DNA of 64,000 nt from Gordius albopunctatus (lineage: Eukaryota), in assembly GCA_964276515.1 (NCBI GenBank), contig OZ193910.1:4030001-4094000 (forward strand), written 5' to 3'. A model generated the notes under the pieces. The model had not been told where the DNA came from. It saw nothing but the letters and a program-made list of their open reading frames with translations, and ran no database searches. This document shows positions 12,992 through 25,671 of the stretch, piece by piece. Both the position numbers and the translations under genes were made by a program. Each line of letters opens with the position of its first letter. The first letter of the stretch is position 1.

Positions 12992-15900
12992 ATGTGTAAG
13001 TCTTGATAGAAAATCGAATGATGTTTTAATAAAAAATCAATTAAAACTTATTTTTTGATTACTCTATATATTTAAAAATTGAATTTTAAAGGTGAATGTT
13101 TAATTAGTTATCAGCAAAATAATATTTTGCCCGTGTTACGCTGTCCGAAAAATAATGTGCACTCCAGCGAACGAATGCGTAGTTATAAAGCAACTATTCG
13201 GTTTTCCCTTTGGCGTATGTTTGGGCCTAGGTAATTTTCAAATACAGTAAAACTCTTGATAACACTGGTTAGCAAATCATAGACTTAGAAAATCGGTCGG
13301 CAAACTGTTTGCACATTATGCTGGTAGAGTTTTTCACGGTGAACACGAATTTATTTTTATTTTTTTCTCTATACGTCAAGCTTTTATCTGCTGTCAAAGT
13401 TGCTAAAAACAGCGATTTTGGCGTTTTCAAACGTTAAAGACGTGCAATTAATCGGTAAAATTTTAATTACAAAAAAATTGACGACTAAAAAATACATAAA
13501 CACGCGCTATAATTAAACGGACGGCATTGATCCGTGTATGGAAATCGTGTTTATTAATCCATTCTAAATTTTTATATCCTAGCATAAATAATTTTTGAGT
13601 TATTTTCAAAATTAATATACCCCTATCCTTTTACTTTGTCAAATTGCTCCAGACTTGCGGTCGCCCTCCCTTTCCTTTCATGTTCACCGTGGAAAACTCT
13701 ACCAGAATCTGCAAACAGTTTTCCGGTTGATTTTTCTTGTTGAACCGTGTAATTTAAACTTATTAATCATTTATACACAATGTGTTAAATATTTTATTCT
13801 AACTAAATTAAATAAATAAATAAATATTATCTAGGTTTACATTTTCTAATGATCAACAATATGAAATTCGATGAAACAACCAAGTACACAATAACGGGAA
13901 TCATATGTCTTGGGTTGGGTTTTGGATATGCCATATCAACTCAGGTCCGCTGCATGGCTATATTATTAATCCCAATATTATTCACGAAAACTGGGCGAAG
14001 TGTTATTAGCGCTATCATTATTGGATTGATCATTTCAGGTACATTCAAATCATTTTTTAATGAGCATAGCCAAGGGGGAGGGGCAAGGAGTGGCGGTTGC
14101 CCCCCTATGAATCCAAAAATTTGTTACATTTTATTAAAATTATGGCCAAAATTTCGAAAAATGATGCTTTTGCCCCTCACTAAATCATTATTACCACCCT
14201 CTAAATTGGAATTTTATAGGGCCAGTTGGTAACATAGTTCACAACGCCAAGGAATCTATACGCGCACTTAGTTGTTCTGTCACGATGGGTTATAACTTGA
14301 CAAAACAAGTTATGGAATTAAAATACAGACCTATAGCTAATGTCTTATCCGATATAATGGTAAAAAATGGAGATTAAATAAATGGATTTTATAAATTTAA
14401 TTTCTCATATTTATTAATTTATCCGTTTAATTAAACTTTTTAATATTAATAACATTTTAAAGAATATTTTTGTGTAACAGGGCCAAGCTCCGAATATCAA
14501 AGATTTATCGAAGGATATAAAAAAGAATTTCAGTCTTTTAAGCAAAGAAGTAAGTTTTTTATTCGTTTTTAAATCGTTCATTTTGATAAGATAAATTTTT
14601 GAACCTTCTAATTTAATTAAGTTATTTATTATTTTTTAATTTAATATAACACTTGTTAATGATACTTTATAAAAATCAAGGTAATCGAATTTTTTATGCA
14701 TCTATTCCAATTGGATTATATTAATGCAATTTATAAATTGGGTTGCTTAATTCAATCGTAGGTGATTTTAGAAATTGATCAGACGGCATGGGCTTAGTCA
14801 GCATTGGAAGAGGAATAATGATTTAGGGAGGGGCAAATGTCATTTTTTAAAATTTAGCCATAATTTTAATAAATGTCAACAATTTTTTGGATTTAGAGGG
14901 GAGCAGCCGCACCCCCCAAGCTTAGACCATGTCAGACGGCACTAATCAATTTATATCTTTTAAAAATGAGAATTAAAGCGTCAAATTGGAGTGCTCTATC
15001 TGCAATTTTTGAAAATTTTAAAGTAAAAGTGTTGTTTGGTAGATTTTTATATATTCTATCATAAAATTTTTAAAAAATGTGGAAAAAATATTTTTTGGGT
15101 CCCCTATTAAGGCTCTTATTTGGCCAAAATCGCGAATGTCAATATTTTTCAGAATTGGTTTGCGCTATCTGCAATTACCCAATCGTAAGCGCTCATTTAA
15201 TCACGTGAATAAATCGTCTGCTTTTAAATTTTAATTCGAATAGCATCTCTACAATTACTTTTCACATTGTTGTATGTCAAACATTGATAAATAAGAACTA
15301 TTTCGGATGAAGATAAGTAAAATTAATATGAAAATATAGCCATAACTAGTATAAGTTTCAAGGTGACAAATCCAAAAATTTTAAATGATGGTTGAAATTA
15401 GACTACAGGCAAAATTTGTATAAATGATTAATACTAATATTAATTTTATGCTTTGCTTATTATTGCGCACGGGAAAAAATGATTGTTATGGCCAAAACAA
15501 AGTTTGCAAGAGAAAGCAAAAAATTCAATTTTAAAAGAGAATATTTAAGATTATTCAAAATTGTCAAGAGTTAAATTTTTAAAGGAAATATTTATATAAA
15601 AATAGATATAATTGATTGTACTTCTACTAGATATTCTTTTGTATGTATCATTTATTTTATAATTAATAAATTAATAGTATTTGTTGTAAATAGTATGATT
15701 GCTACAAATTGCTCCCATTAAATATTTTAGCTATATAAAGGATATAAATCATTATAATAGTTTTAGAAATTTAATTATATACTCAAAGATATTTAAAAAA
15801 TTTCATAGTTTACCTTAATGTACACAACCCCCCAAATTACCATAATTTTTTATAATATTGAGTAAATTTTAGTAATTAAAGTAATATAGTCATTATAATA

Positions 15901-18900
15901 TATAACTAATTTAATAATCTCATATTTATTTTATTATTAAAGTTATAAGTCTTAAATCGAATGTCAATAAAACCTTAAAACTTGCGGTTAAAAATGTATA
16001 TAGAGCAAAGTAGCTAAATAAAATCGCAAAAATTTTCGAACTTTGCTCTATCTGAAATTTAAAAAATCAATTTTTTTATGAAATAAAAGAAAAAATCCAC
16101 ATTTTTGGCTAAAATAATATAGATGCTAATACTTTACACTATCAAACTTAATTTCAAGTCGTATGAATAAAACTCGGGCCTTCGGCCCTCGTGGGAAGGG
16201 GAAGAGGGGAGGGAAGGGGGAACTCATCTACACTCCGTATAAATGTATCATATTTGCTATGCAATTTATGGAAATACTTACGTGAATATTGCAAAACGAA
16301 GGTTGGAAGCACTAAATAAGTGTATATGCCAAATATCATAAAGGGGGAGAGAGGGAGCGAAGGGGAAGCTTTATGGTTAGTTAAATTCTACGGGAGTTGT
16401 ATTACCAAAAAGTCATAATAGCAATGGTAGGAACAGGAACAATCATAATAGTCAAAAAAAACGAAAAAAAAATTTTCGAATCACATTTTGGCCAAAGGTC
16501 ATTTTTTTCCATTGGTCAGCAGCCAGGACACGGTAAAAGTGGATATAAATTCATAACAGTCAAAAAAAAACGAAAAAAAATTTTCGAATCACATTTTGGC
16601 CAATGGTCATTTTATTCCATTGGTCAGCAGCCAGCGGACGGCCAAAAAGTCATAATAGCAATGGTAGGAACAGGAACAATCATAATATTCAAAAAAACGA
16701 AAAAATAAACTCGGATACACATTTTGGCCAATGGTCATTTTTTTCATTGGTCAGCAGCCAGCGGACGGCCAAAAAGTCTTATTATCATTGATAGTAACAA
16801 GAACAATCATAAGAGTCAAAAAAAAACTCCGGGATTCTAACCCAAAAACTAGATAAATTGCATAGCAATTATTAAAAAGTATAGGGTAATTATCAATGTT
16901 AACCTATTCAAAAACGAACAAAAAATTTCGATTTATTTGGCCAATGGTAATTTTTTTCAATTATCAATGTTAACTTATTCAAAAAGGAAAAACGAAAAAT
17001 TAGGATTTATTTGGCCAATGTTCATTTTTTCATTGGTCAGTAGCCAGCGGACGGTCAAAAAGTCATATTATCAATGGTATTAACAAGAACAAAATATTAA
17101 ATTAATTAAAAAAATAAAAATTTTGCCCTCTCCGGGATTCGAACCCACATTAAATAGAGCATAAGCCTTTGGAGGGGAACAGGGAACCATATAAATAGAG
17201 CCATAGGCCCTTGTAGGGGAGGGCATAGTGTAATTATCAATGTTAAACTATTCAAAAACGAAAAATTAAAAATTTCGATTTATCTGGCCAGTGGTCATTT
17301 TTTCATTGGTTAGTAGCCTGCGGACGGTCAAAAAGTCATATTATCAATGGTATTAACAAGAACAAAATATTAATTTAATTTAAAAAAAAAAAAATTTTGT
17401 CCTCTCCGGGTCTCGAACCCGCAACCTCCAGGTCGGGAAGCTGGTGTAAATAACTTGGTGGACGGACGGACGGACGGACGGACGGACGGACAACCAAAAA
17501 CGAGCCCATAAATTGCATAGCAATTAATAAGTTTAGATTTTATAGCATTTCAAACTTTGAACTTAATTATCTTAGTTCGGAGTTTTGTGCAGATAGAGCA
17601 CTCCAATTCTCAGCTAACGATATGTAAAACAAGGGAATTATAATTTATGAACGAAGTAATTTAATAAAAAAAATATGGAAATATTAAATAAATAAATAAA
17701 TATTTTTATAAGGAATTAAACAAATAAGTTAAAATTATTAAATCAAGGTGGAGGATAAAAAAGAAATAGATGAATCGATAAATCGGACTAATGCCATTGA
17801 CGAAAAAATGGATGGATGGGGACGTGCACAAATTTTGGAGAAAAAGTTTGGGAAGAAGAAGAAAGGAAAACAAAAGGTGGTGGCGAAAGTGCACAAAGGC
17901 TCATTTGTCGAAAATTTTTATGCCAAAAAACAGGGCTTTAGATGTCAAGGTAAAGGAATTGATGAAATAAATCAAAAACAAATAAAATTTATAAAAATTA
18001 AAGTCATTTAATAGGATGAATGGCTTACGCTTTGGCTTTCTTTACCCATTTCTTAAATTAATTGCTATGCAATTTATGGGCTCGTTTTTGGTTGTCCGTC
18101 CGTCCGTCCGTCGTCCACCAAGTTATTTACACCAGCTTCCCGACCTGGAGGTTGCGGGTTCGAGACCCGGAGAGGACAAAATTTTTTTTTTTAAATTAAA
18201 TTAATATTTTGTTCTTGTTAATACCATTGATAATATGACTTTTTGACCGTCCGCAGGCTACTAACCAATGAAAAAATGACCACTGGCCAGATAAATCGAA
18301 ATTTTTAATTTTTCGTTTTTGAATAGTTTAACATTGATAATTACCCTATGCCCTTCCCTACAAGGGCCTATGGCTCTATTTATATGGTTCCCTGTTCCCC
18401 TCCAAAGGCTTATGCCTCTATTTAATGTGGGTTTGAATCCCGGCGAACGTTCTAAATTGATGGTTCGAGACCCGGAGAGGACAAAAATTTTTATTTTTTT
18501 TTAAATTAAATTAATATATTGTTCTTGTTAATACCATTGATAATATGAATTTTTGACCGTCCGCAGGCTACTGACCAATGAAAAAATGACCACTGGCCAG
18601 ATAAATCGAAATTTTTAATTTTTCGTTTTTGAATAGTTTAACATTGATAATTACCCTATGCCCTCCCCTACAAGGGCCTATGGCTCTATTTATATGGTTC
18701 CCTGTTCCCCTCCAAAGGCTTATGCCTCTATTTAATGTGGGTTCGAATCCCGGAGAGGGCAAAATTTTTATTTTTTTAATTAATTTAATATTTTGTTCTT
18801 GTTAATACCATTGATAATATGACTTTTTGACCGTCCGCTGGCTACTGACCAATGAAAAAATGAACATTGGCCAAATAAATCCTAATTTTTCGTTTTTACT

Positions 18901-21900
18901 TTTTGAATAAGTTAACATTGATAATTGAAAAAAATTACCATTGGCCAAATAAATCGAAATTTTTTGTTCGTTTTTGAATAGGTTAACATTGATAATTACC
19001 CTATACTTTTTAATAATTGCTATGCAATTTATCTAGTTTTTGGGTTAGAATCCCGGAGTTTTTTTTTGACTCTTATGATTGTTCTTGTTACTATCAATGA
19101 TAATAAGACTTTTTGGCCGTCCGCTGGCTGCTGACCAATGAAAAAAATGACCATTGGCCAAAATGTGTAACCGAGTTTATTTTTTCGTTTTTTTTGAATA
19201 TTATGATTGTTCCTGTTCCTACCATTGCTATTATGACTTTTTGGCCGTCCGCTGGCTGCTGACCAATGGAATAAAATGACCATTGGCCAAAATGTGATTC
19301 GAAAATTTTTTTTTCGTTTTTTTTGACTGTTATGAATTTATATCCACTTTTACCGTGTCCTGGCTGCTGACCAATGGAAAAAAATGACCATTGGCCAAAA
19401 TGTGAATCGAAATTATTTTTTCCGTTTTTTTTGACTATTATGATTGTTCCTGTTCCTACCATTGCTATTATGACTTTTTGGCCGTCCGCTGGCTGCTGAC
19501 CAATGGAATAAAATAACCATTGGCCAAAATGTGATTCGAAAACTTTTTTTTCGTTTTTTTTTGACTGTTATGAATTTATATCCACTTTTACCGTGTCCTG
19601 TCTGCTGACCAATGGAAAAAAATGACCATTGGCCAAAATGTGTATCCGAGTTTATTTTTTCGTTTTTTTTGAATATTATGATTGTTCCTGTTCCTACCAT
19701 TGCTATTATGACTTTTTGGTAATACAACTCCCGTAGAATTTAACTAACCATAAAGCTTCCCCTTCGCTCCCTCTCTCCCCCTTTATGATATTTGGCATAT
19801 ACACTTATTTAGTGCTTCCAACCTTCGTTTTGCAATATTCACGTAAGTATTTCCATAAATTGCATAGCAAATATGATACATTTATACGGAGTGTAGATGA
19901 GTTCCCCCTTCCCTCCCCTCCTCCCCTTCCCCCTTCCCACGATGGCCGAAGGCCCGAGTATTTTATTTAAATGCAACGAAATTTTGAATGAAAATTGTTT
20001 AAAAATCTTAATTAAGTTGATTAAATGTCATTAATTAATAATAACTTGTGTAGGTTTAGCCTAAAATAGCTTAGTTGACTAAATATTTTTTAAAATTGAA
20101 TAACGGGTTGATGTCCCCCCAACAATGATTTAATATATCGTAATTTAATTTTGGACAATTTATAGATATATTTAACTTTGCCGCGGAGAAATGTGGGCAA
20201 GTTTTTAAGGATATGGAGAAGAAATGTTTCAAGAAAATCGGGATTTTAGGAGTTACCTCGATTATATGTCTCGCGTTTCGAGTCCGAAAAATATGCAATT
20301 TACTTAAAAGTAAGCCCTTAAAATCCATCGATCTCCGTCAATTTTTATGTTTTTAATCAACTTATTCTGTGTTAAAAGGTTGGCACTTACAAGTTAGTTT
20401 GCATATATAACATCATTTGTGTACAATTAATTAGAAATATCAATAATTGGTTAATCATTACTATAAAATTTGCAGAAGTTGATATCAAATTAGACAACCC
20501 TTCAAATATTTTTGATTAAAAGTACTTTTAAATGCTCGTTGAAATTATTTTGAAACAACAGCAGATTGTTAGGCGATGCCCATATAACATTGGCAATTTA
20601 GCAGAGCGCGTAATCGCAATTAGATAGAGTTATTACAAAGCACGGTGATCCATTTTCGCAAAAATATAACATAAATTTATAATAAAATCATTGATTAAAA
20701 ACGTTTTAAATGGCATGAGGTCTAAAGAAATCCTGATTAGATGTAAATATGAAAAATTTCTGAGTCAGCCTATTAAATCTCTTAGGTTAAGGTGACACGT
20801 AGCCAGGATTGAGATTTTTAAGCATTACATAAAATCCTTATTTTTTACCATGATTTTAAAAAAGATCCGTAAATTTTAAAGCCTTGAAGTCAACTATTAA
20901 AAAGAATTTACCCAAGTGGGGCAGAAAAATATTGATAAATATGATCTAGTTTAAGTAATCTATTAAGCTATAATTTCACTTTAAACCTTTTTAAACCAGT
21001 GCTTACATCTTCGACGGGTAGTAGCAATGATACTTGCGAATCTTCGGACAATTCTGTCAATAATGGATTCGGCGAAGGCTTTGTTGAGGCTGAAAAAGCG
21101 GCTCAAGATTTCGAAAAAAATTTCGATGTTGACATGAAATATCAGGTTGGAATTTTATAAGAGATAATAATCAAATTTTATTTTCTTTTTTTTATAAAAG
21201 AATCCTTTTTTATGAAAAATATGACTGAGCATAGGCCTAGCCAGGGGACCCTCCCCCCCTAAATGACGAAAAAAATTTTTTTTCAATGCAAAACCCTTAA
21301 AAATTAAAAAAATTTAGGTTTTCGCCCCCAACCCTAATCCAAAACCTCTGAGAGTCACTGTTCAATCTAATATATAGAAATATATAAATTTTTCGACTTA
21401 TTGATATTTTTCAAATAATTTATCTTCTGATTGATAGAATTTTTAGCATTAGAAAGTTTAAAAAAATTCCAACATTACTTAGGAATAATATGGTAGACAT
21501 AACTAAAAATCTTGTAAATTAATTTTATCTAAAATATATTTGAGGACCGGGTTTGGAAAAGATTAATTAATTAAGTATCACCCTACTTCTTGTTTTATCT
21601 CTTTATTAAACAAGCTATCGAAATATATTGGAAAACCACCTATTTTTTCAAGACTTTCTCGGATCTTTGCTTTACGACAGATGTTTCACATTTAATCTTC
21701 TTAATATATATGCGATTAATTTTTTCATTATTACAAGAAGAAAGCGAAAAACTTGGCACGTTGTTTAGATTAAACCTTATTAATTTTTTATATTATGTGG
21801 TTATTCTTGTATTTTCTTATTCTGAAATGCAAATAGCTAATATCGGAGGAAGAATCTTTGGATTTGAAAACGGCTGAGGATGTGTCGGAAAAAATACAGT

Positions 21901-24813
21901 ACGAATTTCGCATTCGGCAAATGTGGTTTGAAATTGTGGTCACCCTTATTCAACGACTCATGATATTTTTACTCCTAATAGTTATTAAAAGGTTTAAACA
22001 TTTCAATTTATAATTATTGTCGCAAAACTTATTGTGACTTCATTTTATTAGTTGCAGTGAGATACTTTAATATTTTCTGCGACAATAATAATTGAAACAA
22101 TTTACATTTTCTAATGCAGTATTAAATTTCCAAAGCTAAATTTTAGGCGTTATTTACAAGATTGAAGCTTCTTCACATACTACATTATGAGGTTATCATA
22201 TTATCTCTTACTCTCTGGCTATAAAGTTGAAAGGCCAGCACTGCTTTAACAAAATTCATTTTTATTTTTTTGTTATTTTTATTTACTTTATGTTTTAGTT
22301 AAAACTTAAAAAATTGTCATTTACTATTTGATGTAAATATTTATTAATAGTGGGTACGATTATACGAACTCGTATCTAAACGATTTCCGTTTCGACAATA
22401 ATTACATCACGGGATATTTCATCCAAATTGAAAAACGTCGAAAATTAGGACAAAAATCACAATTGATGCCTTTTAAAAAAGCCGAAAATTCCGAACATAT
22501 TTACCCCCTCAAATTGGCTTTTGCTAAATCCGAGAAAAAGAATATATTTTCAGCATCGGTGAAAATAATCATAGATATTATGACCGCTGTTGTTATTATA
22601 TTGTTCGATCGGTTATTTTACGAAGTTCTTAATATAGTTCGCGAAAGCAGTCAGATGACGGTTACGCAGAAAGGTTTAAGATATACTTATCATCATGTTT
22701 AATTGATAAACAAGTAATTTTAAGTTAAAAGATTTATTTTATACCAAACTACTATTTATTCTTTAAAATAGGAAATGAGAGTCAGTTTATATAAAAAATT
22801 TAAATAACTTTAGGTTGGTTATACAAACATGAGCATAGTCAGCATTTGGATTAGAGGGAAGTAATAATGATTTAGGGAAGGGCAAAATGATCATTTTTGA
22901 AATTTTGGCCATAATTTTAAGAAATACAAATTTTTGGATTTAGAGGGGGGCAACCGCTCCTCCCTGCCCCTGTTGAGCCAAGTCACTTTTAATGTTACAT
23001 GTCTTTGATAGCATATAATGCATTTTAAAATATTTTGTTTAAATTTATTGAAAAATTTAATTTTTAAAATTTATTTTTAGGGCAACACAAGATAATGTTT
23101 CACGTGTATGGTAATAGCATGATGGCCCACATCTTTAAAAAACTTTTCAAAGGTTTCCGTTCAGAACACAAATTAGACTCGTACACCGACAATTTAGGTT
23201 TAAATTAAAAAAATAAAGTCTTCAGGAAAAATGTTACAAAAATATTAATGATTTTTATTAATTGTATTAAAACATAGAATGCTTGCCCGCGGCTAAAAAA
23301 TTAGAAAATCGCTTTATTATACGAATTTTCGCGATGAATGGAATTGCTATGCTTATGTTATTTCTCCAAGCCTACGCTTTAAGATTGAGAAGATTTATAT
23401 GTGCTTTTTTCTTTCCCAAAGTACAATAAAAACATAAAAAAATGTATTGAAATTAATTTATCGTTTTTTATAACGTTCTTACATTCAAATAAACAATATG
23501 TACTTAATAAAAAAAATTGTTTTCATGGGTGTAGCCAAAAGGTAGGACTAGAAGGGGTATCTGCCCCCCCACTATTTTCTTTTAATATTTAAACTTGATT
23601 TATCTAATTATAGACCTTCTTAAACATAATTTTGTTTTACATTCAACATTGAAAATTGGTTACGGTTATGCATGTTAAATCTTTAACCGGGAAGTTTATA
23701 AAATTTTTGTCTATTTTATGTAAAATTAAAATTTTTAAATTTATATTTAGAGAGAAAAGAAAAGAATAATATTTTTTTACAATGACCTTTTGAAGAGACG
23801 TAAAACACAATTTGTTTTTATGAAAGATAAAGTTATCAATGAAGCCAAGAAAAATAGACTTTCGGTAAGAGATATATTTCACTAAAATAAATTTTAATGA
23901 TAAATCTTAATATTAATAGCAAAAATTTAATTTTTGCTTTTATAAATTAGCGTTTGTGGACCTTAAAATATTTTTCACTTATATTTAATTTATCTAAATC
24001 ATGATCAAATTTAGATGAGAAATATTGGAAAACAATGTAATATATTTATTAATAAATGGCATAATTCATCGGTATTAACTCAAGTTTAAAATAAAAAAAT
24101 TATTTTTTTTAATGAATATTAAGGAAGAAATATGCAAGTAGTATAAATTGTTAAAAATAATATTATGATTTACATTTACAACTAGAATATTATTACTTGA
24201 AAATAAAACAACTTTCAGGTTAACTTATAATTAATTTGTAAAAAATATATAACTAATAAATCTAAGACCACTATCAAATCTATTTATATAAATTTGTAAA
24301 TAAATAACCATTTTACCAACAAACCATAAAACTTTAATTTTTGATTCTTTTGAAATGCAGGAAAAGGCAGGCTTATTCGTGGCTTTTAAAGACTACTTTC
24401 CACACTGTTTATTTTGGCTAAAATATTTGAAAGCTGGCAAAAAACGGTGTTTATTATGTCGAGACTACGAAACGAAAGGTTTCGTTAAATGCCCGTTTAC
24501 CAAGCAATGTCCTTTTACATATTGCCCAGATTGTTGGAAAGATTTAAAGGTAATTTTTTAATCAATCATATTTATTTACAAAATTATATAAAATTAAAAT
24601 ACAACATTATAGCGTGAGAGCGAATTGAATTTTTGGCACATAGTTTATATAAATATCGCGCAAATTAAACACCGCTAGATTAATTTAAATCGTTCAAATG
24701 TTAGTTTTAATGGTTAATTTTATTTTCAGCGAACTTGTTATGCGTGCATGGCAGAGGAAAAGCTTAAAGAAGTTAACACAAGCACAGAATTTCCTGAAGA
24801 TGAAGACGATTAA
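12992..24813 (+). CDS. DCST1: DC-STAMP domain protein, DCST1/sneaky-like (fertilisation factor family). Exons approx. 12992-12995, 13108-13230, 13835-14038, 14220-14359, 14481-14549, 17748-17949, 20166-20309, 21000-21145, 21837-21991, 22351-22673, 23081-23197, 23278-23420, 23751-23864, 24361-24549, 24730-24813
   Basis: Motifs QVRCMAILLIPILFTKTGR, GPVGNIVHN...LSCSV, YLNDFRFDNNYITGYFIQIEKRR...[44 protein letters not shown], and a C-terminal Cys-rich RING-like CLLC..C..C..YCPDCW..CYAC. All junctions are phase-consistent; the first 4-nt coding exon is tentative. Confidence 0.9.
13258..13752. mobile_element. MITE with ~90-bp imperfect terminal inverted repeats in DCST1 intron 2
   Basis: aaactgtttgca..ctggtagagtttttcacggtgaaca is mirrored by tgttcaccgtggaaaactctaccaga..tgcaaacagttt. 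Confidence 0.7.
14787..14931 (+). mobile_element. hAT-type MITE with 8-bp TSD
   Basis: CATGGG...CCATG flanked by perfect TCAGACGG (14779-14786, 14932-14939). Confidence 0.85.
14985..17608. mobile_element. Non-autonomous TIR element that hosts the left HINE copy
   Basis: aattggagtgctctatctgca near 14985 and its exact reverse complement tgcagatagagcactccaatt ending at 17608. Confidence 0.65.
16171..17528 (-). mobile_element. DINE-1/HINE-like non-autonomous Helentron (left copy)
   Basis: Reverse complement of 18057-19959: sub-terminal inverted repeats, (GGAC)n microsatellite, central tandem repeats, terminal GGGCC-TTC-GGCCC hairpin. Confidence 0.8.
18057..19959 (+). mobile_element. DINE-1/HINE-like non-autonomous Helentron (right copy) with central tandem repeats
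   Basis: Perfect 18-bp subTIRs TTGCTATGCAATTTATGG (18062-18079) and CCATAAATTGCATAGCAA (19853-19870); (GTCC)n near the 5' end; ~120-bp tandem units; 3' palindrome GGCCGAAGGCC followed by a T-rich flank. Confidence 0.82.
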
Positions 24814-25671
24814 ATTGCTGGGAATAAAATTGTATACAATGCGATGGTTATAGGCCTTGAGCCCAAATAATGAGCGCTTTATGATGGAAATATTAAATTT
24901 AATATACAAAAAATAAAAAACTTAGGAATATTCAATCTATAGTCTACGAAATTTAAGACCATATTGCGAAAAATTATATCCTAAAAGACTTACCTACATA
25001 AATTGCTCACAATATACCAGCTTGACAAGCCAATTTAAGCTAATCATATATCACCCCCTCCGTATGTTGTCATAAACATATTAAGGCTTAAAATTTTTTT
25101 GAATTCTCCCAATTATTTTGATTTTTATTAAATATTGAGCGAAATCTTTAATTGGAAAAGAAGTTGAGGTTTATAGCGCAATGAGTTTCAAGCTTAAAAA
25201 CATACAACATTAAAGTAGGACACAAAAAAATTCTTTAGTACCTGAAAATAGTTAATTATTTTATTATAAATACGCTAAACACATTATTTCACATATATAC
25301 AAACTTTACAAGTAATAATTAAGTAAGCTATGGGCTGTGACATTTAAATAAACAGACAATTGTTGAAAATTAAATTAATTAATAAGCGTAAATAATAATA
25401 TTTAATCATAAAATAAGGTAGTTAGTTATAAAAAAAAATGTTAACAAAACTTTTTCACTAACAATATACTTTCGTTAATAAGGCTAATGTGTGATAAGAA
25501 AGAAATTAAAGGTATGTTATTAATTATAATGATGTATCTGGTAGTATAAACTTGCACGCAAAAAGTTGGACATTTACCTCGGTGGTGGGTTAAAGCAATA
25601 TTAAATATATACAAAAAAGTGAAGAAGTGCAGCAATCAAAATTGGGATTATTACTAAATTACACAATCTTA

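Noticed and set aside
19080..19720. Repeat array superficially like CRISPR
   Set aside because: Eukaryotic context, ~120-bp tandem units without unique spacers, no cas genes
16397..19727. Repetitive ORFs (HFGQWSFFSIGQQ...) on both strands
   Set aside because: Translations of non-coding HINE tandem units; mirrored in the inverted copies and broken by poly-A/T slippage
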